Assembly: GCA_017499595.2 (NCBI GenBank)
Contig: CM039001.1
Location: forward strand, 2,790,001-2,854,000
Direction of reading: 5' to 3'
From: Psilocybe cubensis
Lineage: Eukaryota
DNA: 64,000 bases
This document shows, piece by piece, positions 47,101 to 59,033 of this stretch; positions within the stretch are counted from its first letter, which is position 1; every line of letters begins with the position of its first letter. Under the pieces are notes generated by a model. It saw nothing but the letters and a program-made list of their open reading frames with translations. It was not told the DNA's origin and did not search any database. The translations under genes and the position numbers were made by a program.

Positions 47101-50100
47101 AGGCACGTGTACCGGCATTTTGTAGCCGTTCCAAGAACTCGGTACTAACGAATTCTCCGCCATTATCAAAGAAGTATTCTTTGACGGAGGTACCGTACTG
47201 TTTTTCCACCATTTTCTCGAAAGAATTCACAGCCGCAGCGGCATCACTCTTCTTTTTAAGAAAGTAGAGCCATACGTGTGGGGTGTGGTCGTCCAAAAAG
47301 GACATGAAGTATTTACACTTCTGGTAGGAATAAACAGAAAATGTCTTGAGATCACAATGAATACGATCAAAAGGCTTCTTCGCGCGTTTGGGGTTTTCGT
47401 CATATGACTTATTAGTCATTTTACCCTTCGCGCAGCCTTCACAGACATTTTTGTCCTTGGGTACACTTATTTTAGGAAAGTTCTTAGTGGAGTCCCTAAA
47501 ATGTCTTAGAACATCGTCAGAGGGATGACCAAGGCGTCGATGCCAAAGGTCACTTGACTCTTGAAGAGTTGAAGATAACGTGCTAATGTCTTCTCCAGAG
47601 ACAATGCGCGTATGCACCCAATACATTGGATGTCTGTTCGATTCAATTGAATCTGCCCTGGCTTGCAGGCCATATGATTTTTTAGGCAAATCAAAGAACC
47701 GAAGGACTTTAGCTGTTCCTTCTATGGTCATGCCGGACGACAGGAGTTGTCCCATCGACATTAATCGAACATGTAATTGTTCCATGTATAGAACAGGATG
47801 GAGTCGGCGGACTTCATGTCCCAGATCCTCGGAATGGGAAACCACTTCTACGAAGACTGTTCCAAAACCGGTGATAGGCACCGTGGTAGTGGCAGTTTGC
47901 GAAATAGGTCGATTATTCTCAGCAAAGTCTTGATAACTCGCGAAATCAGACTTATCGCCAGTAAAGTGCACACTAGCACCACTGTCCATTAACCAAGCCG
48001 TTATGGCTTCTTTCCCCTTTTTGGGTTTTTCAGTTCCTTTTCTTTTGCAATCTGGACAACACGCGAAATGAGATAGATATTTTTGGTATACATCATGTAC
48101 AAATGAGTAGTAAATATCTACAGGGAACTCCTCCTCCTCCGGCCGGTCGACTGTTGAGTCGTTGTCGTCTCTAGATGGGGTAGTCCCTGTGGGAATCTCA
48201 GTGTTATTTATAGTCCAATTGCTAGAACTAGAACTTACTTGCCTGTCAACGAAATGGTTATCGTAGTAACCATCATAGAGATCCTCATCGTCTTCTCCGT
48301 AATCCACACGTTCCTCAATAGGAACATCAGGAGACCGTTTTCTCTGATCATCAAAGTTTGGGATATCACCCCATTGCTTTGGTTCCGGTCCGAATAGCTC
48401 ATTATTAAGCTTTTCAATCTCCGGAGATGTGATCTCACCATCAACGACCATGTGATCGTCAATAGTTTCAGAGTTGACGGGCGGAGTCTTCAACCTTTCT
48501 GCAAGGGAGACATCTGAAGGAATTTGTAAGCTGCTCGTGGCAACGCTTTCCATGATCTGGAGTGCCTGCGAAGTAGGCTTTACACCAATTCTGGAAGCTA
48601 GGCTGCGTGCGGCAGCAGGAGCCGGGTATGGCGCCATGCGTGTGTCCGGATTTCTCCAAGGCCCAGCCGGAGCAGAGGTACGGGAGGAGATACTTCCTCT
48701 ACCGTTGATCTCGATGATCCTTGACGTGGTGGGAGCTGGAATTGCCGGTTCGAGAACCGTCAATGTTGATGCCATAAAGACATCATCCGCTAAGACTGTA
48801 TTGCCTTGTGCACGCTGCTTGCCTTTGCCTCGTGGGGCACGCTTACGAATCCTCTTCTCCTGATTATCACCCTGAGACTGTCCCTGATTAGGGGTCTTTG
48901 AAGGATGATAGTGAGGGTGTTCCCCTTTTGGTCGGATCGCAGTATTGCGTTCAGCCGACTGTTGCGGTGCCCGGGAAGGGCCGGTCTTTGGTGCAGGCTT
49001 AGGGTCATATGTCGTACCCTTTTTAGGCTTTTGCCTGTCATCCAGATTACCAAACCATGCTCCCCAACGATTGCGGATATCAGCGGAGATAGCCTCCAGC
49101 TTCATGTCGTCAATCTTGGTCTTGTCTCCATAATCATTAATAAGGTCTTGATATATGGAGGGCGGTTGATTGGGCAATACCGCAAGGGGTAAACGTGAGA
49201 ATAAGATGAGACATGCCATGGTCTCGGATACTAGATCCACATTTTCGACCTTTTTGACATGCTCGTAAATGGCTCTGAAACGGGCCAGCTGAGGGGTAGG
49301 ATCCGAAAGATCAAATTTGAAGGTGGTCAGACGTTTAAAGTCCTCCATCACTTCAACAAATTGAACTTTATCGTATTTTGCTTTCAGATCATTCCATGCC
49401 CCTTTCGCAGTCTTTCCCTTGACTGTTTCCCAAATAGATGGGATCAAGGAATTCGCGATGACACCTAGTGCCTTGGAATTCTGCTCCTTAAAGTCTTTCA
49501 TCGCTTTTTCAAACGACGAAGATCTTTGCGACCAGCGTTGAAATTGGATTTTCCACAGCTCAATTTGAGCTGCGTTAACAGTTGTTGCCGGAGCAACAGG
49601 GGATGGGAATGCAGGCTCTCCTTCAATTGGAGAAGGGGCCACGACATCTCCAGAAATAACCCCATCAACGCCAGTCAGGAGGAATATGGGAAGCATTTTG
49701 TCAGCCCATTTACGATAGTTAGAACCATCGAATTTGGGGAATTTGGAAACAGATACGGTTGCTTTGGAAGACATTCTTAGTGCGCTTAAAGCTTGAGCCT
49801 GTGACAAGAATAAGTCAGCAAGGCTTTTCTCACATCCTGAACTTTAAAATAGAAGGAAACAGTTGGGCTGGTCAGGCCCGATCAATCTCAAGATCAGATC
49901 TAAGATCCAATCGAGATTAAGATCTTTTGCACACTCATCTAGATCGCCAAAATAGGCATTATCTTTCAGAGCAGCATGGGGCAAGTATTGTCCCTAGGCC
50001 AGTGCCGTCGACAGCAAGGCTAACAAGCCTGTGTCGTTATGGCTACGGGGCCCATAACCTGTTGAGCAGCATAATGTGCCCAAAACTACTCTACACAGTC

Positions 50101-50378
50101 TATGTACGCAGTGGCTAAGGACTTGACTTAATACTTACCCTTTGGGTCGTGTTACTTGAGTTGTAGCTACTCGAGTGGGTTGTGAAAACCGCTTGTTATT
50201 AGAGGGCACTAGTGTCGCCCTTATATACACCTAGAGTGCGTTACATGTGACTAGTGACAGTAACTACTGTATAGTACTTAGTCATCTATCTACTTAGTAA
50301 TCTATTCACATGACTTATCATATGACTCTGAGAGTCACACGGTCGATCGTGAACTTTATTAATAATAGTCGTTCAACA
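44144..50378 (-). mobile_element. Full-length Ty1/Copia retrotransposon, young insertion
   Basis: 319-bp LTRs at 44144-44462 and 50060-50378, identical by eye. TSD ATATC; PBS GGTTATGGGCCC (50048-50059); PPT GAGGGGGAG. Confidence 0.97.
44522..49774 (-). CDS. Copia Gag-Pol polyprotein with a single in-frame TAA at 46841-46843
   Basis: WLMDSGAS (protease), LWHRRLGH/CEGC, DNGGEF, NGRAER (integrase), KARLVAKG, YVDD (RT) and YCDA, ADMFTK (RNase H). The two tracked ORFs are in the same frame. Confidence 0.92.
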
Positions 50379-53300
50379 ATATCCAGGATTTTGTCAAGTC
50401 TAATTCTAACATGACCACAAGTCAGGTGCGCACTGTCTTGAGACTACGGTCAAGCAAGTAACTGACATATACTGTATGATTAGCTTTGGGATGAAATTCT
50501 TAAGATTGACCCAACTCCGGCGTATAGCAGAAGGTTTATATACAGCCTGTGGGCAGGCAAAGCATCAAAGAAATGGAAGTGAAATCCCGATGAAGTAAAA
50601 TCAGCACAGATTTTAATTGACAAAGCTTCCAAAATGTCAAACACGCTGTATTGTGTTAATCCCATTCCACTTCATGAAGAAGAAGGATTTACCGCCATTG
50701 CCTTTTTTCTTCCTGAAGTTCTACTTCAATGGGGTGGTCGTATAAGGGAGATTAGTCTAGACTCTGCATGTGAGTGCTGGACCTTTAACCTGGTATATTT
50801 TGCCTTGTTAAGAATCTCGGACCTTCAAAGGGAACACAAATGCCTCTAAATTTGAGGTTTATGCATTGCTCGGTGAAATTTATGGCTCCGGATGTCCCCT
50901 TGGATATCTTCTTTTAAAATCTGAAAACGGAGAACCATACGGAAAAGAGAGATATATCACAAGTCTTCTTCATCATTTCAACACGCAATGGAAGCTGTGC
51001 CCGATTATTACGCTCACGGACAAGGATACATCCAAGATCAATACCTGTCTTTCAGTGTTTCCCAATGCTAAACATCAACTCTGTTTTTGGCATTGCTTAC
51101 AAGCAATCAAGACACGTCTTTCAATATTAAGACGTTGCCCAACGTATTATGATGTCCAACAAGCTCGTAAAGAGTTCTTTTGGATAGATGAAGACTTTGT
51201 ACCGGTGGCACAAATGACCCAGGAGGCTCTAGCACATCAGGTATTGGATTCACGGTTGTATCTCTATAACCATTCTCTAACTTATAACTTCAAGCCCAAA
51301 CTTTATGTCGCAGAAAAAGTGATTCCTCACATAACTGTGCGATTAAATGGGGTTCTGTAAACTAAGGCACCCGAACAATTGCAGCCGGAACCACGCCTAA
51401 TTGTGCACTTAAATGGCACCCTTCAGAGCATTGTCCCATTGCCGGCCAAAACTGGTGATGCATTCACCTCAGCAGAAGATATATTTAACGATGATATAGA
51501 AGTCAATAATTGTGAAAATGAACCAAAACTCGAAGAAGAAGACGGAGATCTCATTTGTCAAGTCAACAAATTTTGCGATACTCTGGATAACAATGCACAG
51601 GATGCTGAGGATGGGCCAGACTGGATGTTTGATAAAGGCAAAGTTATCTCAAAGGACTCATCATATATCTTCTGCCCTGCACCGCACCAAAAGCAGATAC
51701 TCCATTTGTTCACCAAGCACTTTTGTCAACATCCTGCATTCTTAGAGAAGGATGGACAGGCCAATGCAGCAAAAATTCACAACCAAGCAGTACACAAAAT
51801 GTATACTTTCTGTCGCACCCGGGGCCTTTGAGAAGTGTGGGGTTACTTGTGGGCATGCTGGTACTCACCCAAAATGTGGAAACTTTGGGCGCAATCAACA
51901 TCCCACTTTATATCACGTTTGAGGACTACAATAAACGTGGAAAATTTCTGGCAACAACTCAAACATGACCATCTCCATCACACAGTTCATCCTTGACTCG
52001 ATCACTTAGTCTGGATTCTTATCCACAAAGTCACCCCTGGATATCTTGCTCGTACTAAAATTCTCAATGATGAATATCGCGCAGGGCGTAGTAAATCATT
52101 GACAAGTTACCAGAGGTATTTCAAGAAGGCATGGAAAAGGCTTTTCAAGACCAAATCCAGTGGCAAACCCTATACAACCTCCGTTGAGCTATGGTCATGC
52201 AACTGCGGGAGACAGAAATATGATCGACATCACCTATGCAAACATCTTGTCAAGGCAGTGGCATGCCACCCAAATCTTTCTGGAGTGAAGTACACCGTCG
52301 TTGTGTTGTTCCCATTTATAAACACCCAGCACTGATTGAAAAAGGCAGCACAAAGCAACCCAAATATGTTGAACCAGATGGGAATATCACCGACGGTGAT
52401 GATCACATGTTATACGGTAATTGTATGGCATTGACTGGACAGGGGGGTTGGAAAACTCAACTTTCGGCTTGCAACCTGGATGCTACTTTAGGAAAGCGAA
52501 GAAGAAAAGACAAAATGTCACCTTCTGAGGAGCAAAACCTTACCAAAAAGGCGAAGCTTAACTCTGATATTAACACAGGAAGTCAAGGATTCTTTAAATT
52601 CTATAGAGCATGAGATCATTGACTTAACAGCATTGTCACCACTTCAGACTCCAGATTCCCCGCCGGTGCATTATAACAATCAAGTATCCAATTGCAGCTC
52701 ATCCCCGATCGAATATGGGACTGACAACAAAGAGGAGGTAAGTGTTTGAATCAAGGTAGTTCAACTTTAAGACTGACATACCATGAACAACACAATCCTA
52801 GATGGACAAAATGGTTGAACATCTTTGTACTCATGCTAATGATCTTCAAAAACTGGTCAATATCTTTTGCGAGCAGACGCTAAACCCTGACTACCGTGAC
52901 CGAGGCACTCGCATATGGATAAAATCTATGGTTGATCAAAACATTGGATTAGATGGGGCACATGTGGTTCATGATATAGAATGGACTGAGTCTACCTCAT
53001 GAACAAGACCAAAGACCTGGGCAGATCCAAAGAGCAAAGTGGAAGTGCGACGGATGAAGAATACCATGGGGTATAAGAGTCGCAGTCATGATTGTCTGAC
53101 TGAGTAAATTTTCAATTTTCTCACTGATCCGATAGAATAATGTAGACTAATAGTTATTTATTTTTTCACACCCAATGAGCTCAGTTGAATGCTTACTTGC
53201 AATCTCTACATGTGGTGCAAATGGATAATTGAGAGCTTTAGCTACAAGGTATCTACATTCAGATGCAAAGTGCAACGATGGTGCCAAGTCATGCCAAGGG

Positions 53301-54331
53301 CAGGCAAAGTGGTTATGACGCAGCACAAGGTGGCAGGTTCACGATGGTGCGGCAGAACCGGCAACCCCACGTGTTCCGGACGGCTTGTTGGACTGTTTGC
53401 GTTCACTTCAATCAACACCGCTTCCAGGCTTTCCATCCCATTTTCCCTTCCCTAATTGTGCACATCCCTAGCAGGCTTTGCGAAGTGCCCATTCCAAAGG
53501 AGTTGGTAGAACATTATTGCCCTTTGATTTATAAAACAGTACCCATTTATAATGCACCACCTACCCTCACTCTATGGGGATCTATCGTCTCAAGCGTTCA
53601 GACATATTTTTCCTGTGCAGTAGTAAATGTTTCAGAAGAACAGGAGACGGTAGAGATAGTAGTAATCCCCATCATTGAACGAGAATATGAAGGACTGGAG
53701 GAGGGCCTTATTATACAATATTAGAAGAGTAATATGTGGATGAATAAAAAATTGTTAGTCGCTACAAGGAATTTGCAACCAAGGTTGATTGCATTCATGT
53801 TTTCCGCGGATGTAAGGCATGCAAAATGTTTTGAATAAAAACATAATATTTCTTGCACCAACCAACAATAACAAAACAGGCAAACTCATAGAACACCTAA
53901 GTTAATATCATTGGAAGAGATATGTTATCTGCAAAGATAAGATTGTGTATGGTCACATGACAATTGCACTCAAATCAGATAAGATTGATGGTTCACAAGC
54001 ATAATTAGTATCCAGCACAGCTATAGGAGCAGCAATCAGACAGCGCACAGCCTCATATCTAAAAATAGATAATCAGCACAGCCTATTTGATGTGTTGTTA
54101 AGGCAACATTCTTGAACATTCCATTGACTAATAACAATGACACAATATTAGTAATCTCCTGCTTGGCGCTTAGTGAACACAATAGAAACACTTATAAACC
54201 ACCATCCGGCACTTACTCGCTCTGCCAAAAGTAGCTAGAACAATAGAAATGGATTGGTAATGAGGTTTATAGTTTAGTCAGCCTATCCCTATATAGAAAT
54301 TGCTATTGTGATTATGTAAGCATAAGCACTA

Positions 54332-54995
54332 GTAGCTTCAATTTTATATCATTATATCTAGACAACTGTCTACAGGCAAACTGAACTGTTACCCAGTAAT
54401 TCATATCATTGTTTATCTAGGGATTTCATTACTATTGAGCATTTCATTCCTAGACAAAAATATGATATCAAACCAATTGATTTCATTACTTGTTGGCTTG
54501 ATTTTATTTCAATTGAAGGCTGTTTCATTCCACTATTATCAATGATTTTATTGCGATTTCATTTCTATCTTGAAGTATTTCATTAATATTTAGAATTGAT
54601 TTTATTAGCTGTAGAGGTGATTTCATTATGATTTCATATCTAATCTTATGATTATCTAGGCTTGATAATCCTGTACCAGATTGATTAGTGCATACTATTT
54701 TTGGACTAGGAACTTGGACTAAATATATTAGAATTAGGGCTGACAGCCATCACATTAGGGCCCTATCCCTGCCCCTTCCCTTGGCTCCTGGCTCTATAAA
54801 TAACACTTATCCTATACTACTTTTGTGCATTGCTGGCAATGGATTGGGCGCTTTTGGGGGCATTTCTGGACCGTTTTCCTTGGTGTTTTTTGGTAGACAT
54901 ATAGTTTTAAAGTGTCCCAATCCATAAATTACTGGGTAACAGTTCAGTTCGCCTGTAGACAGTTGTCTAGATATAATGATATAAATTGAAGCTAC
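54332..54995. mobile_element. Foldback/MITE-like non-coding element with ~70-bp inverted arms
   Basis: 54332-54401 is the near-perfect reverse complement of 54927-54995. Part of the interior (54689-54922) recurs inverted and diverged at ~61666-61906. Confidence 0.6.
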
Positions 54996-55559
54996 CAGTT
55001 GCATAAGAAAAGGTATATAAAGGCTCAGAAATTTTTGGGCAGTAGCAAAGTTCCCCTTTTCAATAGCACTTTTAAACTTGCTCAAACCCTGTAATTGCTA
55101 GTTATTTCTTGCAATATACTTATACTACCAAAACTCTGCTTGTCTGTTATAAAGAGTATTAAATCACTTTAAATTCAGTATTCCTTTTTAAAGCAATCAG
55201 CTTGTTTAAATCTTTAGTCAGTTTAGTCTAACCACCCGTCTGTTCATCCAATCTGTCCGTCAGTTCCGTCCGTTAGTTCCATTCAACAGTCTAACCGTCC
55301 ATCAAATTGCACTCTAAATACTAAGCTTTAGGTACGTAACTCAAACACATAAATTACTAACAAATATTTTTTTTAGATTAACTTCTTTAAAACACATTTC
55401 CAATATTTCCACATATATTTGCCTCTATTTGCACTTGAGAAACTTGTGGAAAATACACCAAATTGATTAAAACCTTGAATCTATTAAACAACTGGAATAA
55501 CCCAATATTTGACTATCCGGTAAAACCCAGGTGAACTTAAAATTCATGTTAACACCGTA

Positions 55560-56655
55560 CCAAGGTACTAGTTTGGCATCACTTTGCTCTCAGTACCAAT
55601 CAGTGATTGGTTCCTTGCTTTATCTTATGCTTGGGACTAGACCTGACATTGCCTATATAGTGACTCAGATGGCAAAGTTTGCTTCTAATCCATCTGAAAA
55701 CCACATAAACAAGATCAAATATATTATGCGGTACCTTGTTGGCACACACAAATATGCCTTAGTTTATGATGGGACATCTTGCGCTGGCCTATATACCTAT
55801 TGTGACGCCTCTTATAGAGATGATCAATCAGAGCTCAATCTTAAGTGTCAATCTGCACAGGGCTACTTTTTTAGCTTGGCAAATGCCGCAATCATGTGGA
55901 AATTACAGATACAGAAGTTAGTCTCCACATCCTCTACTATGAGTAAATATATAGCACTCTCTGACTGTGCCAAAGATTGTGCATGGAGCACTTGGCAAAT
56001 CAATTTTCCATGTCCCACTCTATGCAGACTCACATGGTGCAATATTTAATAATCAGAATCCCGTGACACAAAAAAGGGTCAAGCACGTGGATATTTGTTA
56101 TCATTACATACAGAAACAAGTAGAGCTTGGCATAATCAAGTTATATGCAGTTCTTACTACTGATAATATTGCCAATATGTTTACCAAAAATCTAGGCCCT
56201 GACCTATTCTTAAAACATAGATCCGCTCTAGGCCTTGAGTTTTACCCACTAGATTAGTCCGTTTATAAACAAGTAGAGTTCCGCCTTACAGTGCGTGCAC
56301 CACTTGAGGGGGAGTATTGAATGACTATTATTAAAGTAGTTAATTATACTCATGTTTGACCATGTGACTATCAAGTCATGTGCTAAGTCATATAAGTGGA
56401 TTACAAATAATAGTTTATATTTAGATAGATGACTAAAAACTATACAATAGTTACCATCACTAGTCATATGTAACGCACCTTAGGTGTATATAAGAGCAAC
56501 ACTATTGCCCTCTAAAATACAAGCGGTTTTTATAATTCACTCAAGTAGCTACAGCTCAAGTAACACAACCCACAGGGTAAGTATTAAGTCAAGTCCCTGC
56601 CACTAGCGTACATTGTCTGTATAGAGTAGTACCGGGCATATCTTGCTACTCAACA
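55560..56655 (+). mobile_element. Decayed 3' end of a Copia (RT end, RNase H, PPT, 3' LTR 56315-56655)
   Basis: YQSVIGSLLYLMLGTRPDIAY...ALGLEFYPLD matches the intact Copia; GAGGGGGAG precedes a 341-bp LTR. Confidence 0.92.
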
Positions 56656-59033
56656 ATTGATTTGTTTTGCTTATCTTTTGTATTTATTTACATTGTTTTT
56701 ATTGTCTATTATGTTTTTATTATTTTTAATTTACTAAATATCTATGTTTTTTTACTTATCCTTGCTTCTTTTATCTAATTTGTATTATTATTCACTTTTG
56801 TTATATATTTTTTTTTTACTTATTCTATTCATTTCTTATCTATTGTTGTGTTGATATTGACAAATCTTATTGTTTTTGCTTATTGTTACATATATATAGC
56901 CTTATACTTGACACTTTGTATAGTATATGACTTGGTTTTTAGTAGTTTAGATTGGTATTTTGTTCACATAGCTTTAATATAAAAGCTGTAGTAAAATTAC
57001 ACAAAATGGCAGGAAAGTTACACCCCAGTTCTTACTTTCTTTAAAACAAGTCAATTTATATTTGATTTAAGTTGTATTCAAGTCAATCTACTTTGATTTA
57101 AGCCAATTCAATTCAATTTAATCTAATCCCAAGCCTAAGTTAAAATTTATTCATTAGTTCTATTCTTTGACAAAATCATTTTTTACACTCATCTATCCAC
57201 AGCCAATTTATTTTTCATTAATAGTGCATTTTATAAAAGACAATCTTTTCTACTCTAATACTTCTTCTTCCCAATATTGAAAATTATAATCCCACTTCTA
57301 TCCAGACATTCAGAACTTCATTATATCCTCTCCTCCATCCAACTTATTAATACACTTTTCTTTTAACATCTTCCAACCATTGCTATTAGGAGTTAATACA
57401 AAATGTTCTTACCTTAGTCAAACCTTTTTAGAGCAAGCCTATTTAAGACAGACTTAGACTTTCCATTTCAATTTTGTTGATACTCCCACAACAAAAAGAG
57501 TCATTTCAAGCATCAGAAGGTTGACAATTTGAGAATTCTTTTATCTTCATCATCTATTATCCAATATTCAGTCATTTAACAATATACCAATTTCCAGTCA
57601 TCTTTTTATATCTTTTTAAAATATTTCTCATTTTTTCTAGACTATACCTTTAAAATTTACTTATATTGACTTCTCCTACGTCTTTTACGCACCTTTTTTT
57701 TTGTTTTTCTTATACACCTGCTATACAATTTCATAGTTTCATTTTTTTCTTTGACAGTTTCTTTACTATTGTACTCAGAAAACCCAATTACCCAGTACTC
57801 ACTATTTTGCTTTCACTTTTTTTCACTATCCACACTATCCTTATATACCTAAATCCTAGATATTGTCCACTTTTAAGACATATAGACAAGAAATTTATTC
57901 TATCTAAACTGGACCAGTTCTTCCCTAGAATATTAGTTTGTTGGGTTGTTTATAGTTTATAACAAATCACATATAACAATCTTTACTGCATGCACAAGTC
58001 TATATATTGTGGAATTTGCATAGCATCCATTGCTTGCTTTTGTAATACTACTATACTCCACTCTGCCTACCACAATACAAACAGCACTCTATATTGTATC
58101 TTCTACTTTTCCTCTGCTATTATTCTTTTTGGCATCTATAACTATATGGTATGTATCACGCCCACAATTTTATTTCCACCTACAATGACATGCAAGGCCA
58201 TTGCATATCATTGTATCTGCCACTACTATGGCATCTACTCCACTATTATATTTCTACACTCTATAATGCACACTTTGCTGCATGTTGTACTCTTTACTCT
58301 GCTGCCGACTACAACATGCATAATCATGTATATTATATCATTTACTCTGCTATTACTGCTTTTGCATTTTATAATGATGCACATAACAGCTTTTTATTCT
58401 ACTGGCTCTCACACTATCTGCATAGATCGTGGTATAATATTATTAACTTAATAAGCAATATTCTATTATTATTTGTGCTACTATCTCTGTCATCCATTGC
58501 AATCTATCCAATTGTTACTACCACACATTTTTCTATTGTATGCTCTACTTATTGTTTAATAAGCTGCAATAATACAGTTGTTTATTATATATTCTCTTTT
58601 ACCCAATATTAATTGATACCATAAGTAACATGTTTTAATGCTGCTCATGTGCTACTTTTTTTTAGACTTCAATAACCAGCAGTTTTATGCTACTAATACT
58701 TATTACTATTGTTTCTTTGTTTCTATATAATTTGTGTCATTTCTATTCTCCATTGTAGCCTTTTTTCTCAAATTTAACAAATCAGCAGCTTGCACTACTA
58801 ATTTATATTGCTGCAGCTTTTTCATTTCTAGATGATTTATGTTATTACTATCTTTTACTGTATTGTTGCCGCTTGTATTTGCCGCAGCCTCTATCTTTCA
58901 TTTAATTCATTCTCACTTATTAAACATCTGCTATTATTTGTATTGTTTTGCTCTTGACACACTACAGAATTAGCAACAATGGCTTTTTTTTGTCTCTACA
59001 CAGTCCATAAGAGCATGTGGTAATGTTTATATA

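Larger units (their letters stand above)
43533..53107 (+). pseudogene. MULE/SWIM transposase, spliced, disrupted by stops and the Copia insertion
   Basis: YHCAQ..MQTFKCNGWL, VPPNI|QDFV across the Copia, ISLDSA(W)NTN, LTDKD, HQLCFWHCL, TINVENFWQQLKH and SWIM WSCNCG..HHLCKH. Ends approximate. Confidence 0.85.
41867..53407 (+). mobile_element. Mutator-like (MULE) DNA transposon, ~5.3 kb without the nested Copia
   Basis: 58-bp TIRs at 41867-41924 and 53350-53407 with 2 mismatches; 10-bp TSD TCAATCAACA at 41857-41866 and 53408-53417. Confidence 0.92.
17017..53724 (+). mobile_element. Old decayed Ty3/Gypsy element hosting nested insertions (gag ~17017-18240; RT 19371-20178 and from 38747; RNase H/integrase to 41118; extra 3' ORF 41160-41856 plus 53418-53724)
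   Basis: Gag MPRSGSRNAPKTFDG and knuckle CYGCLSLDH. RT reads ANIFID|DLPIK across the Plavaka insertion. RNase H ILAVDS, YSQPKLELFG; integrase CHECQ, ITDNGGE, ANGVVERG. Many stops; LTRs not identified. Confidence 0.85.

Noticed and set aside
57666-58612. Hydrophobic ORFs as membrane proteins
   Set aside because: By-product of AT-rich, C>T-eroded low-complexity sequence.
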